Assembly (NCBI GenBank): GCA_900018335.1
Contig: FIZK01000006.1
Location: forward strand, 5,576-69,575
Direction: 5' to 3'
Length of the DNA: 64,000 nucleotides
From: an uncultured Clostridia bacterium
GTDB taxonomy: Bacteria; Bacillota; Limnochordia; Darwinibacteriales; Darwinibacteriaceae
Shown: positions 29,269 through 39,809 of the stretch, piece by piece
Position numbering within the stretch: position 1 is the stretch's first letter
Layout: each line of letters begins with the position of its first letter
Translations under genes and position numbers: made by a program
The notes under the pieces: model-generated
What the model was told of the DNA's origin: nothing
Database searches by the model: none
The model's input: the letters and a program-made list of their open reading frames with translations, nothing else

Positions 29269-30201
29269 ATGCAGTTTGGCCACGAACCGGTTCTCCTCCA
29301 GGAGACAATTGATTCACTAGCCCTCAAGCCTGGTGAAGTGTATGTGGACTGTACCGTGGGAGCCGCGGGCCACAGTCTGGGCATGCTGGCCACCGAACCC
29401 GCTATTAAGCTCATAGGCATTGACCAAGATGCTGCGGCCTTGGAAAGAGCCCAATATCGTTTGGCCACCTTCGCCCGTCAGGTCACGCTGATCAAGGGCA
29501 ACTTCCGCCACCTGGAGAGCCTACTGCTAGAGCAGGGAGTGACCGAGGTGGCAGGCGTCCTCGTTGACCTTGGGGTATCTTCCCCCCAACTGGATGAGGG
29601 GGAGAGGGGTTTTAGCTACCATCAGGATGCGCGCCTCGATATGCGGATGGACCAAAGCTCTGAGCTTGACGCTTGGACTATCGTCAATACATACAGCGAG
29701 GGAGAACTGGCGAGAATCATCTCGCAGTACGGTGAGGAAAAGTGGGCTGCGAGAATCAGTAAGTTCATCGTTGCGGAACGGGACGAAAGGCCCATTGAAA
29801 CCACAGGGGATTTGGTAGACGTGATCAAAAAGGCTGTTCCCGCCGGAGCCCGGGCCAAAGGCCCGCACCCTGCCAGGCGCACGTTCCAGGCTCTGCGCAT
29901 CGCAGTAAATGATGAGCTGGGTGCGCTGAGGGAAGTTTTGAGGCAGGCAGTGGCCGTGCTAAAACCCAAGGGCCGGCTGGCAGTGATCACTTTCCATTCC
30001 CTTGAGGATCGTATCGTCAAAGACTATTTCCAAGAACTGCTGGGGAAGTGTACTTGCCCACCTGGACTTCCGGTTTGTGTCTGCGACCGCCAGCCCGTGG
30101 TGGAGCTGGTGAACCGCAAGCCCATAGTCCCTTCCCCGCGGGAAGTGCAGAACAATCCCAGGTCACGCAGTGCCAAGCTGCGCGTTGTGGAGAAAATTTG
30201 A
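29269..30201 (+). CDS. rsmH: 16S rRNA (cytosine1402-N4)-methyltransferase RsmH
   Basis: HEPVLLQE...YVDCTVGAAGHS SAM-binding motif; 310 aa. Confidence 0.95.
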   Translation: MQFGHEPVLLQETIDSLALKPGEVYVDCTVGAAGHSLGMLATEPAIKLIGIDQDAAALERAQYRLATFARQVTLIKGNFRHLESLLLEQGVTEVAGVLVDLGVSSPQLDEGERGFSYHQDARLDMRMDQSSELDAWTIVNTYSEGELARIISQYGEEKWAARISKFIVAERDERPIETTGDLVDVIKKAVPAGARAKGPHPARRTFQALRIAVNDELGALREVLRQAVAVLKPKGRLAVITFHSLEDRIVKDYFQELLGKCTCPPGLPVCVCDRQPVVELVNRKPIVPSPREVQNNPRSRSAKLRVVEKI

Positions 30202-30214
30202 GGAGGCTGAACCA

Positions 30215-30721
30215 ATGACTGCGGCCAGGAAGCTTGTGGACCACTATCCATCCTACGCAGAAGAGACGGTTTCGACTGTCAAGCGCGTACCGGCGCCTAA
30301 ACGCCGCCGCATTCCTGCTACGCTCAGAATCTGCCTCGTGGCCGCCGCCTGCGTGGTCATAGGGTTGCTGTACCTTCAGCAGCAGGTTACGTCATACTAC
30401 CTGAGTATGGAACTAATCCACCTGCAGGAGCAGGTAAAGACCATGGAACAGCGAAATAATCATCTGATGCTCTTCTTGGAGTCACAGCGTTCTCTGAAGC
30501 AGATCGAGCACATCGCCCGTACGCAGCTGGGCATGGTGGATCCGGAGTACACAGCTACCCTTGTGGTACCCCATCTGGCGGATCCTGTTCCGGACGTGGA
30601 ATCCCGCTGGCTGGCAGATCAGAGCGAGGCCCCCAGCGGCGGTTTTCTGGCTGCCTTAACCTCGGTGTTGAACAAGGTTTTGCCGTTAGGAGGAGTGGAA
30701 GCTGGCACGCTACAACGCTAA
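30215..30721 (+). CDS. ftsL: cell division protein FtsL-like (single TM plus coiled coil)
   Basis: Position between rsmH and the class B PBP; TM segment ICLVAAACVVIGLLYL followed by a coiled coil. ATG 30215 follows an AGGAGG Shine-Dalgarno. Confidence 0.65.
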   Translation: MTAARKLVDHYPSYAEETVSTVKRVPAPKRRRIPATLRICLVAAACVVIGLLYLQQQVTSYYLSMELIHLQEQVKTMEQRNNHLMLFLESQRSLKQIEHIARTQLGMVDPEYTATLVVPHLADPVPDVESRWLADQSEAPSGGFLAALTSVLNKVLPLGGVEAGTLQR

Positions 30722-30773
30722 GCGAGCGCGCGTTAGGCGAACTGTTTTTGTTTTCGGCCTATGGACCTTCTTC

Positions 30774-32777
30774 ATGCTGCTCTTGGTGGTCCGCTTAGCC
30801 TATCTCCAAATCTACCGCGGTGAAGAGCTGGCCCTGCGCGCCACGGCCCAGCGGATGAGGCCGCAAACCATCGACGCCCAGAGGGGCAGGATATTGGATC
30901 GGAACTACAAAACTTTGGCCGTTAGTGTGGGAGCCGATGCGGTGTACGCGTTACCCGAGAGCATTCGCGATGTGGTGGGGACGGCACGGCAGTTAGCTCC
31001 CTATTTGTCTGTATCTGAAGAAGAGCTGAGGAAGCTTTTGTCCAGTAAGAGCACCAGTGTTTGGCTGGCTCGTGGCCTCACGGTGGAAACGGCGGAGGCC
31101 ATTCGCAAGTTGGGCCTGCCTGGGATTCGCATTGTCCAGCGTCCGCAGCGCTACTATCCCCAGGGATCCCTGGCTGCTCACGTTGTGGGCATTGCCGGTA
31201 CGGATAACCAGGGCTTGGAGGGCATAGAGTATTTCTACGAAGAGATTCTGCGGGGCCGGCCGGGGCAGCAGGCCACTGAACGGGATGCGGCGCAGCGCAG
31301 CATTCCCGGTGGGGAGACCCAGTTTGTCCCTCCCGAACCTGGACACGATGTAGTGCTCACCATTGACACTGTGATCCAGTATATCGCCGAAACTCGCATC
31401 CAGCAGGCTGTGATCTCCAGTAAAAGTGAACGGGGCTTGGTTCTGGCAATGAACCCGAAAACGGGCGAGATCTTGGCGAACGCCATCTATCCCACCTTTG
31501 ATCCGAACTATTATCAAGAGGTCTCTGCGGAACGCCGTCGCAACGTGGCCGTCACGGATCAATATGAACCAGGTTCTACTTTCAAGTTTGTCACGGCTGC
31601 GGCTGCACTGGATTTGGGGATTACGGACTACAACCGCACCTTTGAGAGCGGCGTGGCCTGGGAAGTGGGTGGCGGAAAGGTGCGCAACCTCAACGGACAG
31701 TCCTTTGGCAGCCTCACTTTCCGAGAGGCCATAGAGCGGTCTGACAATATCACCTTTGCTAAACTGTCCGTGGAGATGGGGCCGCAGTCTTTCCACCGTT
31801 ACATCCAGAGCTTTGGTTTTGGGCGGCGCTTGGGGGTGGACTTTCCCGGTGAGATAGCCGGTACAGTGCTCTCCCCCAACCGCACAGGAGCAACTCTGCA
31901 GTGGGCGAACACGGGCTTTGGCCAGGGGATTGCCGTAACTCCGCTGCAGCTGCTTAGCGCCATGTCTGCGGTGGCTAACGGCGGCTCTTTGATGAAGCCC
32001 TATTTCGTGAAGGAAATACTCGACGCCCATGGCAAGCTGGTGCAAAAATCGCAACCTGAAGTGCTAGATACTCCCGTGGACACCGAGACCGCCCGGGCCG
32101 TAAGCGAGCTTCTGCGTTCCGTGGTGGCCAATGGTAACGGCAACAGGGCAGACATACCCGGCTACCACGTGGCGGGAAAAACTGGAACGGCTGAGGTGCC
32201 AGAAGGAGGGGCCTACGGGAATGACATTATCGCTTCCTTTGTGGGGTTTGCGCCCGTGGACGACCCTGCCCTAGCCATCCTGGTGGTCTTGTACAAACCC
32301 AAGGTGGAATCGGCCTACGGAGGTGTGCTGGCCGCTCCTGTGTTCAAGGAGATTATGGAAGAGAGCCTGGAGTATTTGGGCATCAAGAGGCGTGAGGAGG
32401 TCAGGCGCCGGTCATCATTGACCTCGGTGCCCAACGTGATCAACCTATCAAGGCAAGAGGCGCAAGCTAGGCTGGCTCAAGACGGCCTTTTCTGGACCAT
32501 GGAAGGAGAGGGAACGCTGGTGACCGATCAAACACCAAGGCCTGGCGTGCAAGTTCCTGCTCAGACCACGGTCCATCTTTATTTTGATCTAGGCGAACCG
32601 GAGGACGTGGAGGTTCCCTCGGTGCTTGGGCTGAGTATGTTTGACGCCTCAGCTAAGCTTTCCGCGGCCGGCCTAAGGGTGAGGGTGGTGGGCAGCGGCG
32701 TGGCGGCACAGCAGTCACCTGGTGCGGGTGCGCGGGTGCCCAAGGGTTCCCTGGTGGAAGTTCGGTTCGAGCTTTAG
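30774..32777 (+). CDS. spoVD: class B penicillin-binding protein (SpoVD/PBP2B-like) with a C-terminal PASTA domain
   Basis: Transpeptidase motifs (STFK, SDN, KTGT) and a C-terminal PASTA repeat. Only one in-frame ATG (30774) exists, giving an unusually short N-terminal TM; a non-canonical upstream start is possible. Confidence 0.8.
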   Translation: MLLLVVRLAYLQIYRGEELALRATAQRMRPQTIDAQRGRILDRNYKTLAVSVGADAVYALPESIRDVVGTARQLAPYLSVSEEELRKLLSSKSTSVWLARGLTVETAEAIRKLGLPGIRIVQRPQRYYPQGSLAAHVVGIAGTDNQGLEGIEYFYEEILRGRPGQQATERDAAQRSIPGGETQFVPPEPGHDVVLTIDTVIQYIAETRIQQAVISSKSERGLVLAMNPKTGEILANAIYPTFDPNYYQEVSAERRRNVAVTDQYEPGSTFKFVTAAAALDLGITDYNRTFESGVAWEVGGGKVRNLNGQSFGSLTFREAIERSDNITFAKLSVEMGPQSFHRYIQSFGFGRRLGVDFPGEIAGTVLSPNRTGATLQWANTGFGQGIAVTPLQLLSAMSAVANGGSLMKPYFVKEILDAHGKLVQKSQPEVLDTPVDTETARAVSELLRSVVANGNGNRADIPGYHVAGKTGTAEVPEGGAYGNDIIASFVGFAPVDDPALAILVVLYKPKVESAYGGVLAAPVFKEIMEESLEYLGIKRREEVRRRSSLTSVPNVINLSRQEAQARLAQDGLFWTMEGEGTLVTDQTPRPGVQVPAQTTVHLYFDLGEPEDVEVPSVLGLSMFDASAKLSAAGLRVRVVGSGVAAQQSPGAGARVPKGSLVEVRFEL

Positions 32778-32796
32778 CGGTTGAGGAGGATGGCCA

Positions 32797-34251
32797 GTGC
32801 GGCTAGATGCGGTGTTGGACGGACTAGAGTTTAAAGTTTATGGGGAGCCGCGCCCTCTCGGCGGTATCAGTTACGATTCGAGGGGAGTTAAGGCCGGAGA
32901 TCTTTTCGTGGCTGTTGTAGGGCACAAGGTGGACGGCCACGACTTTGTGCAAGAGGCCAAAAAGCTAGGGGCCGCGGCGGTCTTGGTGGAACGCTTGATT
33001 CCAGATCTTGACCTGACCCAAATTGTGGTGGAAGATACCCGGTACGCCATGGGCATTGCAGCCGCCAACTTTTACGGGCACCCCTCGCGCAAGCTGCGGG
33101 TTTTGGGAGTGACCGGCACAAATGGCAAAACCACAACCACCTATCTGACCAAATCCATTTTGGAACAGGCCGGGTACAAGGTGGGGCTCATCGGCACCAT
33201 CGAAATCCTGCTAGGCAGTGAGAGTTTGGAGTCGCAGCGGACCACCCCTGAGTCCCTGGATCTGCAGCGTCTGCTGGCCCAGATGGTGGCCGAAGATGTC
33301 CAGTTTGTGGTGATGGAAGTATCCTCCCATGCCCTGGAACTGCACCGCACGGCGGGGATGTGCTTCGCGGGTGCGGTGTTTACCAATCTGTCCCAGGATC
33401 ATCTGGACTTCCATCCAACCATGGAGGACTACTTCGCCGCCAAGGCCAAACTGTTCACTGGGCTGCAGGGCCCGGCGGCAATCAATGCGGACGATCCGTG
33501 GGGGGTAAGGTTGGCAGAACTGATCGCAAGCCCAGTGCTCACCTATGGCCTTGAGCAGGAAGCCCACTTCCGGGCTGGGAAGATCAAGTTGGAAAATACG
33601 GGCGTTTCCTATATACTTGAGAGTAAGGAAGAGCAGATAGGCATCGATTTGCAGGTCATGGGATTGTTCAATGTGTACAATTCCCTGGGTGCTGCCGCCC
33701 TCTGCGCAGGACAGGGAGTCTCGCTTGATCGGATCAAGCGGGGTTTGGAAAGTGTTCCCGGAGTTCCCGGCCGTTTTCAGCGCATTCCCAACCGGGTTGG
33801 GTTGAACGTGGTGGTGGATTACGCGCACACCCCCCACGGCCTGGAGAACATACTCCGCTCCGCTCGGCCGCTGGTGCCCAACGGCCGGATCATTGTGGTT
33901 TTTGGGGCTGGAGGTGATCGAGACAAGGGCAAACGGCCCCAAATGGGTGCCGTGGCAGCTGAACTGGCGGACTTTGTGATCATCACTTCTGACAATCCCC
34001 GGTCTGAGGATCCTGCAGAGATCTGCTCTAGCATCGAGAAAGGTCTGTTGATGACGAATCCTCATGTTCCTTACCAAATTGAGGTTGATCGGCGCAGAGC
34101 CATCCGCGAAGCCGTGGCCATGGCTGCACCAGCGGATTTGGTCATAGTTGCGGGCAAGGGCCATGAAACCTACCAGGAATTCGCCCACGGGCGGGTTCAA
34201 TTCGATGATGGGGAAGAAGTCAGGGCGGCCATTAAGGAGCTGAAGGAGTAA
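32797..34251 (+). CDS. murE: UDP-N-acetylmuramoyl-L-alanyl-D-glutamate--2,6-diaminopimelate ligase
   Basis: GVTGTNGKTTTTYL P-loop and Mur ligase domains; DNPR motif in DNPRSEDP consistent with meso-DAP specificity; 484 aa. Confidence 0.9.
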   Translation: MRLDAVLDGLEFKVYGEPRPLGGISYDSRGVKAGDLFVAVVGHKVDGHDFVQEAKKLGAAAVLVERLIPDLDLTQIVVEDTRYAMGIAAANFYGHPSRKLRVLGVTGTNGKTTTTYLTKSILEQAGYKVGLIGTIEILLGSESLESQRTTPESLDLQRLLAQMVAEDVQFVVMEVSSHALELHRTAGMCFAGAVFTNLSQDHLDFHPTMEDYFAAKAKLFTGLQGPAAINADDPWGVRLAELIASPVLTYGLEQEAHFRAGKIKLENTGVSYILESKEEQIGIDLQVMGLFNVYNSLGAAALCAGQGVSLDRIKRGLESVPGVPGRFQRIPNRVGLNVVVDYAHTPHGLENILRSARPLVPNGRIIVVFGAGGDRDKGKRPQMGAVAAELADFVIITSDNPRSEDPAEICSSIEKGLLMTNPHVPYQIEVDRRRAIREAVAMAAPADLVIVAGKGHETYQEFAHGRVQFDDGEEVRAAIKELKE

Positions 34252-35591
34252 TGCGTTCATTGTCACTTGCGCAGATCGCGGAGGTCACAGGCGGGCACGC
34301 CAGGGGTTCAGGAGAAGTGAACAACGTGGTCATTGACAGCCGCAAGGCGCGGCAGGGGAGTCTCTTTTTTGCCCTGCCAGGAGAGCGGGTGGACGGGCAC
34401 CAGTTTGTTGGCGATGTTCTTGCCCAGGGCGGCTGCGCGGTGGTGAAAGAAGGTACATGCAGCGAGCCGGGGGTAGTGGAAGTGCCAGATCCCTTTTCTG
34501 CACTCCAGGATTTGGCCCAGGCCTACCTGGCTGAGTTTCCCGTGCCGGTGGTGGCGGTGACAGGCAGTAACGGCAAGACATCCACCAAGGACATGATCGC
34601 CCAGGTACTCCGTTCCCGTTATTCCGTGCATGCCACGGAGGGCAACATGAACAATGAGATCGGTGTGCCCCTGACGGTGCTGGGATTGGACGAACACCAC
34701 GAGGTGTTGGTCGCGGAGATGGGTATGCGCGGTTTGGGCCAGATCAAACGGCTGACTGAAATCTGTCCGCCCAGTCTCGGCGTGATCACGAACATAGGCC
34801 CGGTGCATCTAGAGATCCTGGGAGGGATCAGCCAGGTAGCCCAGGCCAAAGGTGAGCTTTTGGACGCCATGGATGACACGGGCATTGCAGTTTTGAATGG
34901 TGATGACCCCACAGTGCGGGGCCAGGCCCGCTCCTTTAGGGGCAAGATCGTCTATTACGGGCTGGATGCAGCCAACCAGGTGGTGGCTAAGGGGATTAAG
35001 CTGGACAGCGAGGGTCGCCCCTCCTGCGTGGTTAGTTTTGGCGGAGAAGAGGTGGCGCTCCATCTGTCGGTACCTGGGGTACATAACGTGTGGAACGCCT
35101 GTGCTGCTCTGGCGGTGGGTTTGCAGTTCGATGTGGGCCTGAGGGAGGGCGCCAAAGCCTTGGAAAAGCTGGCGCTCAGCGCCATGCGCTTGGAAGTGCG
35201 CCGCAGTCCCCAGGGAGTGGTGGTGGTTGACGACAGCTACAATGCCAGTCCCGCTTCCATGAAGGGGGCCTTGGACACCCTGGCTCATATGTACTGTTCA
35301 GGGGAACGGGTGGCCGTCTTAGGCACCATGCTGGAACTGGGCGAAATCGCAGAAGAAGCTCACTTTGAAGTGGGGCGGCACGCCGGAGAGTGCGCCCAGC
35401 GCTTGTTTTTCATAGGTGAGTTCGCCGAAGTAATGCGCCAAGGTGCCGGCCGCGGGGATGTCTACCCGTCCGTGGAGGAGTTTCTGGCTAGCCTCCCCCG
35501 GTTCCGAGACGGTGATCTTGTCTTGGTGAAAGCATCGCGCGGCCTCCATTTCGAGAGAATCGCAGAACAACTGCTGAAGGGTGGCGTCTGA
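34251..35591 (+). CDS. murF: UDP-N-acetylmuramoyl-tripeptide--D-alanyl-D-alanine ligase
   Basis: VTGSNGKTSTKDM P-loop; MurF family; 446 aa; start overlaps the murE stop. Confidence 0.9.
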   Translation: MRSLSLAQIAEVTGGHARGSGEVNNVVIDSRKARQGSLFFALPGERVDGHQFVGDVLAQGGCAVVKEGTCSEPGVVEVPDPFSALQDLAQAYLAEFPVPVVAVTGSNGKTSTKDMIAQVLRSRYSVHATEGNMNNEIGVPLTVLGLDEHHEVLVAEMGMRGLGQIKRLTEICPPSLGVITNIGPVHLEILGGISQVAQAKGELLDAMDDTGIAVLNGDDPTVRGQARSFRGKIVYYGLDAANQVVAKGIKLDSEGRPSCVVSFGGEEVALHLSVPGVHNVWNACAALAVGLQFDVGLREGAKALEKLALSAMRLEVRRSPQGVVVVDDSYNASPASMKGALDTLAHMYCSGERVAVLGTMLELGEIAEEAHFEVGRHAGECAQRLFFIGEFAEVMRQGAGRGDVYPSVEEFLASLPRFRDGDLVLVKASRGLHFERIAEQLLKGGV

Positions 35592-35593
35592 CC

Positions 35594-36556
35594 ATGCCGG
35601 CATCATTTCTACCTGTGTTTAGTGCTCTTTTGGCCTTCGCCCTATCGCTCCTGTTGGGCCCGGTAGTCATCGGCCGCCTGCAGAAGTTGAGGGTGGGCCA
35701 GGTGATCCGTGCTGACGGGCCCAAGACGCACCAGGCAAAAGCGGGAGTCCCCACCATGGGCGGGATCCTCATTGTCCTCTGCACCTTGGCGGCCCAGGTT
35801 GTCGCTCGACCATGGACCGACAGCAGCATCATGATGCTCTTCTCCACGATTGGTTTTGGCATTATCGGCTTCCTCGACGATTACATCAAGGTGGTGGCCA
35901 GGCGCTCCTTGGGGCTCAGAGCCAGGGAGAAACTAGTCGCCCAATTCGGCGTGGCCGCCCTGGTCGCCCTCTACGCCTACGCCCGGGTAGGTACTGACCT
36001 GTTTGTCCCCTTTTGGCAGGGGACCATCACCCTGCCCGCGGTGATCTACATTCCTTTCACTATTTTTGTCCTGGTGGGCGTGGTGAACGCCGTGAACCTA
36101 TCCGACGGTTTAGATGGCCTCGCTGCGGGCAGCACAGCAATTGGAGCGGCGGCTTTCGCGGTCATCTTTGTGCTCCTGGGCCACAATGATTTGGGTGTGT
36201 TCAGTAGTGCGGTAACCGGCGCCTGTTTGGGTTTCATTTGGTTCAACGGCCCCCCTGCCCAGGTGATTATGGGTGATACAGGGTCTTTTGCCCTGGGGGC
36301 AGCTCTGGCCACGGGTGCTGTGCTCAGCAAGACCACCCTGTTTCTGCCCATTATTGGCGGGCTGTTTCTCCTGGAGACCGTCTCCGTCATCCTCCAGGTC
36401 CTCTATTTCCGAGCCACTAAGGGCCGCAGGTTGTTTCGCATGGCGCCCCTGCACCATCATTTTGAGCTACTAGGCTGGGCCGAGAGTAAGGTTATGATCC
36501 GCTTTGTGTTGCTGGCCCTTGTTTTCGCAGTTCTAGGGTTGTACGCCATCCTCTAG
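35594..36556 (+). CDS. mraY: phospho-N-acetylmuramoyl-pentapeptide-transferase
   Basis: Polytopic membrane protein with MraY motifs (NAVNLSDGLDGLA, IMGDTGS); 320 aa. Confidence 0.95.
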   Translation: MPASFLPVFSALLAFALSLLLGPVVIGRLQKLRVGQVIRADGPKTHQAKAGVPTMGGILIVLCTLAAQVVARPWTDSSIMMLFSTIGFGIIGFLDDYIKVVARRSLGLRAREKLVAQFGVAALVALYAYARVGTDLFVPFWQGTITLPAVIYIPFTIFVLVGVVNAVNLSDGLDGLAAGSTAIGAAAFAVIFVLLGHNDLGVFSSAVTGACLGFIWFNGPPAQVIMGDTGSFALGAALATGAVLSKTTLFLPIIGGLFLLETVSVILQVLYFRATKGRRLFRMAPLHHHFELLGWAESKVMIRFVLLALVFAVLGLYAIL

Positions 36557-36587
36557 AGGCATATAGATGAAGGAGGGGGCAGGACTT

Positions 36588-37682
36588 ATGTTTACCAAGG
36601 GCGGCAAACCAGATCTAGTCTTATTTCTGGCCGTGATCATCCTAGTGAGTCTAGGATTGGTGATGGTGTTCAGCGCTTCTTCCGTCATGGGCTTGGCCGA
36701 TGCCGGCAACCCCTATTATTACGTGCAGCGCCAGACCATTCTCGCGGTTGTGGGGCTGGTCATCCTTTTCATTTTGATGAAGGTGGATTACCACGTCTTC
36801 AAACCCTTAGCCCTGCCCGGTCTCGTCATTTCTTTGGCCCTGCTGGTACTGGTGCTGTTCATCGGTACAGGCACGGGTTCGGTCCATCGCTGGATCAGGA
36901 TCATGGGGTTCAATCTCCAGCCTTCGGAACTGGCTAAGCTGGTGATGGTGAACTACGTAGCCGTGTACCTGGCCAATAAGCGAGACGGAGCGCGCAAGTT
37001 CTTTACAGGGCTTCTGCCCATTTTGGTCATTACCGCCGTTCAGTTTGTCCTGATTATGCTGGAACCTGATTTCGGCACCGCAGTATCCCTGGTCTTCTCT
37101 GTTCTGGTTGTGCTTTTCGCAGGAGGAGTGCACCTCGGTCAGCTGGTCTTTGTCGGCATGTTGTCCGCACCCGTCTTGGCGTATCTGCTTATCATGAAGG
37201 AATACAGGATGAAGCGGATCTTCGCCTTTCTGGACCCCTGGTCGGATCCCACCGATACAGGCTGGAATGTGATCCAGTCCCTGTTAGCCATCGGATCTGG
37301 AGGGTTGTTTGGTCTTGGTTTGGGCAGAAGCAGACAGAAGTTCTCCTACCTGCCTGAGCACCACACGGACTTTATCTTTGCCATTTTATGTGAGGAACTG
37401 GGCTTTTTGGGCGGCGCCGCGGTGATTCTGCTCTTTTTTGTGCTGGCCTGGCGGGGCCTGCGCATTGCCATGCGGGCCCCGGACTTATATGGCACGCTGT
37501 TGGCCATTGGTATAACCTCCATGATCGCCTTCCAGGCTCTGCTCAACATAGGGGTGGTTACCGGGTCTCTGCCCGTTACCGGTATTCCCCTGCCATTTAT
37601 CAGTCACGGAGGCTCATCCTTACTGGTAAGCTTAACGGGGATTGGTGTTCTGCTCAACATTTCCCGCCAATGCCAGGACTAA
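36588..37682 (+). CDS. spoVE: SEDS family FtsW/SpoVE peptidoglycan polymerase
   Basis: 10-TM SEDS protein (FSASSV...PSELAKL...EHHTDFIF). ATG 36588 sits 8 nt after GAAGGAGGGGG; the ORF as listed opens 21 nt earlier. Confidence 0.85.
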   Translation: MFTKGGKPDLVLFLAVIILVSLGLVMVFSASSVMGLADAGNPYYYVQRQTILAVVGLVILFILMKVDYHVFKPLALPGLVISLALLVLVLFIGTGTGSVHRWIRIMGFNLQPSELAKLVMVNYVAVYLANKRDGARKFFTGLLPILVITAVQFVLIMLEPDFGTAVSLVFSVLVVLFAGGVHLGQLVFVGMLSAPVLAYLLIMKEYRMKRIFAFLDPWSDPTDTGWNVIQSLLAIGSGGLFGLGLGRSRQKFSYLPEHHTDFIFAILCEELGFLGGAAVILLFFVLAWRGLRIAMRAPDLYGTLLAIGITSMIAFQALLNIGVVTGSLPVTGIPLPFISHGGSSLLVSLTGIGVLLNISRQCQD

Positions 37683-37751
37683 GGGGCTAATTTTCACCCC
37701 TTACCCCTTACCGCATAAGATAAACGGTAATCCAGGGGTTGGGGTGATCAG

Positions 37752-39002
37752 ATGGGCGCTTTTCTGGTGGAGGGTCCGTGCCGCTTGCAGGGCGAAGTGC
37801 AGATCGGTGGAGCCAAGAATTCTGCTCTGAAACTTATGGTGGCAGCGCTCTTGGGGCAGGGCGCGTTCTGCTTGGAGAATGTACCGCACATCACCGATGT
37901 CTGCACCATGGCTGAGGTGCTGGAGTCTTTGGGGGCCCGCGTTCGTTTCAACGCCCAACGTATGGAAATCGAAGTTAATGCTCTTCAGGGCCGTACGCCT
38001 GAGCATCTGGTTAAGTCCATGCGGGCTTCGGTACAGGTGATGGGTCCTCTCCTGGCTCGTTTGGGATGGGTGGAAGTGGCCCTGCCAGGAGGGTGCGCCA
38101 TTGGTCGGCGCCCCCTGGATATTCATCTCTCTGGACTCCAGCAGATGGGTGCCTCCATCGCGCTGAACGGGGAGCGGCTCGTGGCCAGGGCTCCCCGGGG
38201 CTTGCGCGGAGCTGATATTACCTTTCGCTATCCCAGTGTGGGTGCTACGGAGAACATCATGATGGCCGCCGTCCTGGCTAAAGGAGAAACCGTGATCCGC
38301 AACGCGGCTCGGGAGCCTGAAATCGCGGATGTTCAAGCCTTCTTGAACGCCATGGGGGCACGTGTTACAGGCGCGGGGACCGAAGTGATTAGGATTGAGG
38401 GAGTCGGGGAGCTGGGCTGCGCGAATTTCGTGGTGATGCCCGACAGAATTGAGGCAGGTACCTATCTTCTGGCCCTGCTCACCACAGGCGGTGCTGGCAC
38501 CGTGTGCAGCGTTCGGCCGGAGCATCTTAGTCCTCTGCTCAACGCCGTGCGTTCCATGGGAGCCGAGATCGCCGTAGACGGGGACCGGATTTCGGTGGCC
38601 GCTCCCAAGAGGCTGCGGCCATTTGGGCTGGTGACCAGGCCCTATCCTGGTTTCCCCACCGATTTGCAGCCCCAAATGGTGGCAGCTGCCACCCAAGCCC
38701 ATGGGCGCAGTGAACTCAGGGAGACCGTGTTTGACCAGCGGTTTGGGTACCTAACCGAACTGAGAAAACTGGGTGCAGTGGCTAGGCAGAAGGGACAGGT
38801 GGTGGCCATTCACGGACCCACAAAACTGCACGGTACTCGGCTGGAAGCTGGTGATCTGAGGGCAGGGGCCGCTTTGGTTGTGGCCGCCTTGGCCGCCGAA
38901 GGACAATCACTCATCCATGGTTCCCAACACATCGATCGTGGCTATGAAGCATTGGAGCGAAAACTGAGTGGGCTGGGGGCCCGGATCCGCAGAGTGGAGT
39001 AG
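37752..39002 (+). CDS. murA: UDP-N-acetylglucosamine 1-carboxyvinyltransferase
   Basis: MGAFLVEGPCRLQGEVQIGGAKNSALKLM...; catalytic Cys in GGCAIGRRPLD; 416 aa. Confidence 0.95.
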   Translation: MGAFLVEGPCRLQGEVQIGGAKNSALKLMVAALLGQGAFCLENVPHITDVCTMAEVLESLGARVRFNAQRMEIEVNALQGRTPEHLVKSMRASVQVMGPLLARLGWVEVALPGGCAIGRRPLDIHLSGLQQMGASIALNGERLVARAPRGLRGADITFRYPSVGATENIMMAAVLAKGETVIRNAAREPEIADVQAFLNAMGARVTGAGTEVIRIEGVGELGCANFVVMPDRIEAGTYLLALLTTGGAGTVCSVRPEHLSPLLNAVRSMGAEIAVDGDRISVAAPKRLRPFGLVTRPYPGFPTDLQPQMVAAATQAHGRSELRETVFDQRFGYLTELRKLGAVARQKGQVVAIHGPTKLHGTRLEAGDLRAGAALVVAALAAEGQSLIHGSQHIDRGYEALERKLSGLGARIRRVE

Positions 39003-39016
39003 ATGGGAGGGTTAAC

Positions 39017-39703
39017 GTGCTCAATGAACTAGCAAGCGTCAAAAATGCTCTCTCCGTTTTGGTGTTGGCCCTCGTGTTGGCCCTGTACTTATTCGCTAAT
39101 TCTCCTTTTTTCGAAACGGACCATATTGAGTGGACAGGCCTTGTTAACCTCAGCTCCGAGCAGCTAGATGCCTATTTGAACCTGCCGGTGATCAATGTTT
39201 GGCGTTTGGATATGCGAGAACTCGTTGCGGTGCTGTCGAAGCATCCTTGGGTTGAAAGCGCCAAGGTTTCCTGGCGCTGGCCGAACCGCTTGATCGTGAA
39301 CGTTAAAGAGCGCATGCCTGTGGCCCAGATACCCACAGAGGGTGGCTGGGTGTACCTAGACCGGGAAGGCAGCATCCTCTCGCCAATCCAGCAGCACACG
39401 CTGGCTTCCCTGCCCATTGTCACCAATGTCAACCTGGAGGCTCCCGAGCAGCTGGTGTCCACTGCGCGGTTAATCACCCTCATTCCGCCAAGGTTGATGG
39501 GGGCCATTTCTGAGTGGAACGCCCAGGCGAGGGTTTTTGTCACCCGGTCAGGTGTGGAGATTTTCATGGGAGAACCGATGGAGCTGGAGGAGAAGTTTGC
39601 TCTGTTGGAGCAGATCCTGGACGATCTCCAGGCCCGTGGCGAACAGGCTGCACGTATCGATTTGGCGGTTCCCAAGACCCCGGTGGTGACGGTCGCTCGC
39701 TAG
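39017..39703 (+). CDS. divIB: cell division protein FtsQ/DivIB (POTRA)
   Basis: N-terminal TM followed by a POTRA domain; sits immediately upstream of ftsZ; 228 aa; GTG start with GGGAGGG Shine-Dalgarno. Confidence 0.75.
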   Translation: MLNELASVKNALSVLVLALVLALYLFANSPFFETDHIEWTGLVNLSSEQLDAYLNLPVINVWRLDMRELVAVLSKHPWVESAKVSWRWPNRLIVNVKERMPVAQIPTEGGWVYLDREGSILSPIQQHTLASLPIVTNVNLEAPEQLVSTARLITLIPPRLMGAISEWNAQARVFVTRSGVEIFMGEPMELEEKFALLEQILDDLQARGEQAARIDLAVPKTPVVTVAR

Positions 39704-39809
39704 GGATGTGGGGCTGATAGTTTTTTCCAAGGGGATAAAGGGAAAAGAGTGCTTGGTGTGGAAACTAACGTAATACAGTTGGAATTTGACGGTGAAGAAG
39801 GGGGACACC

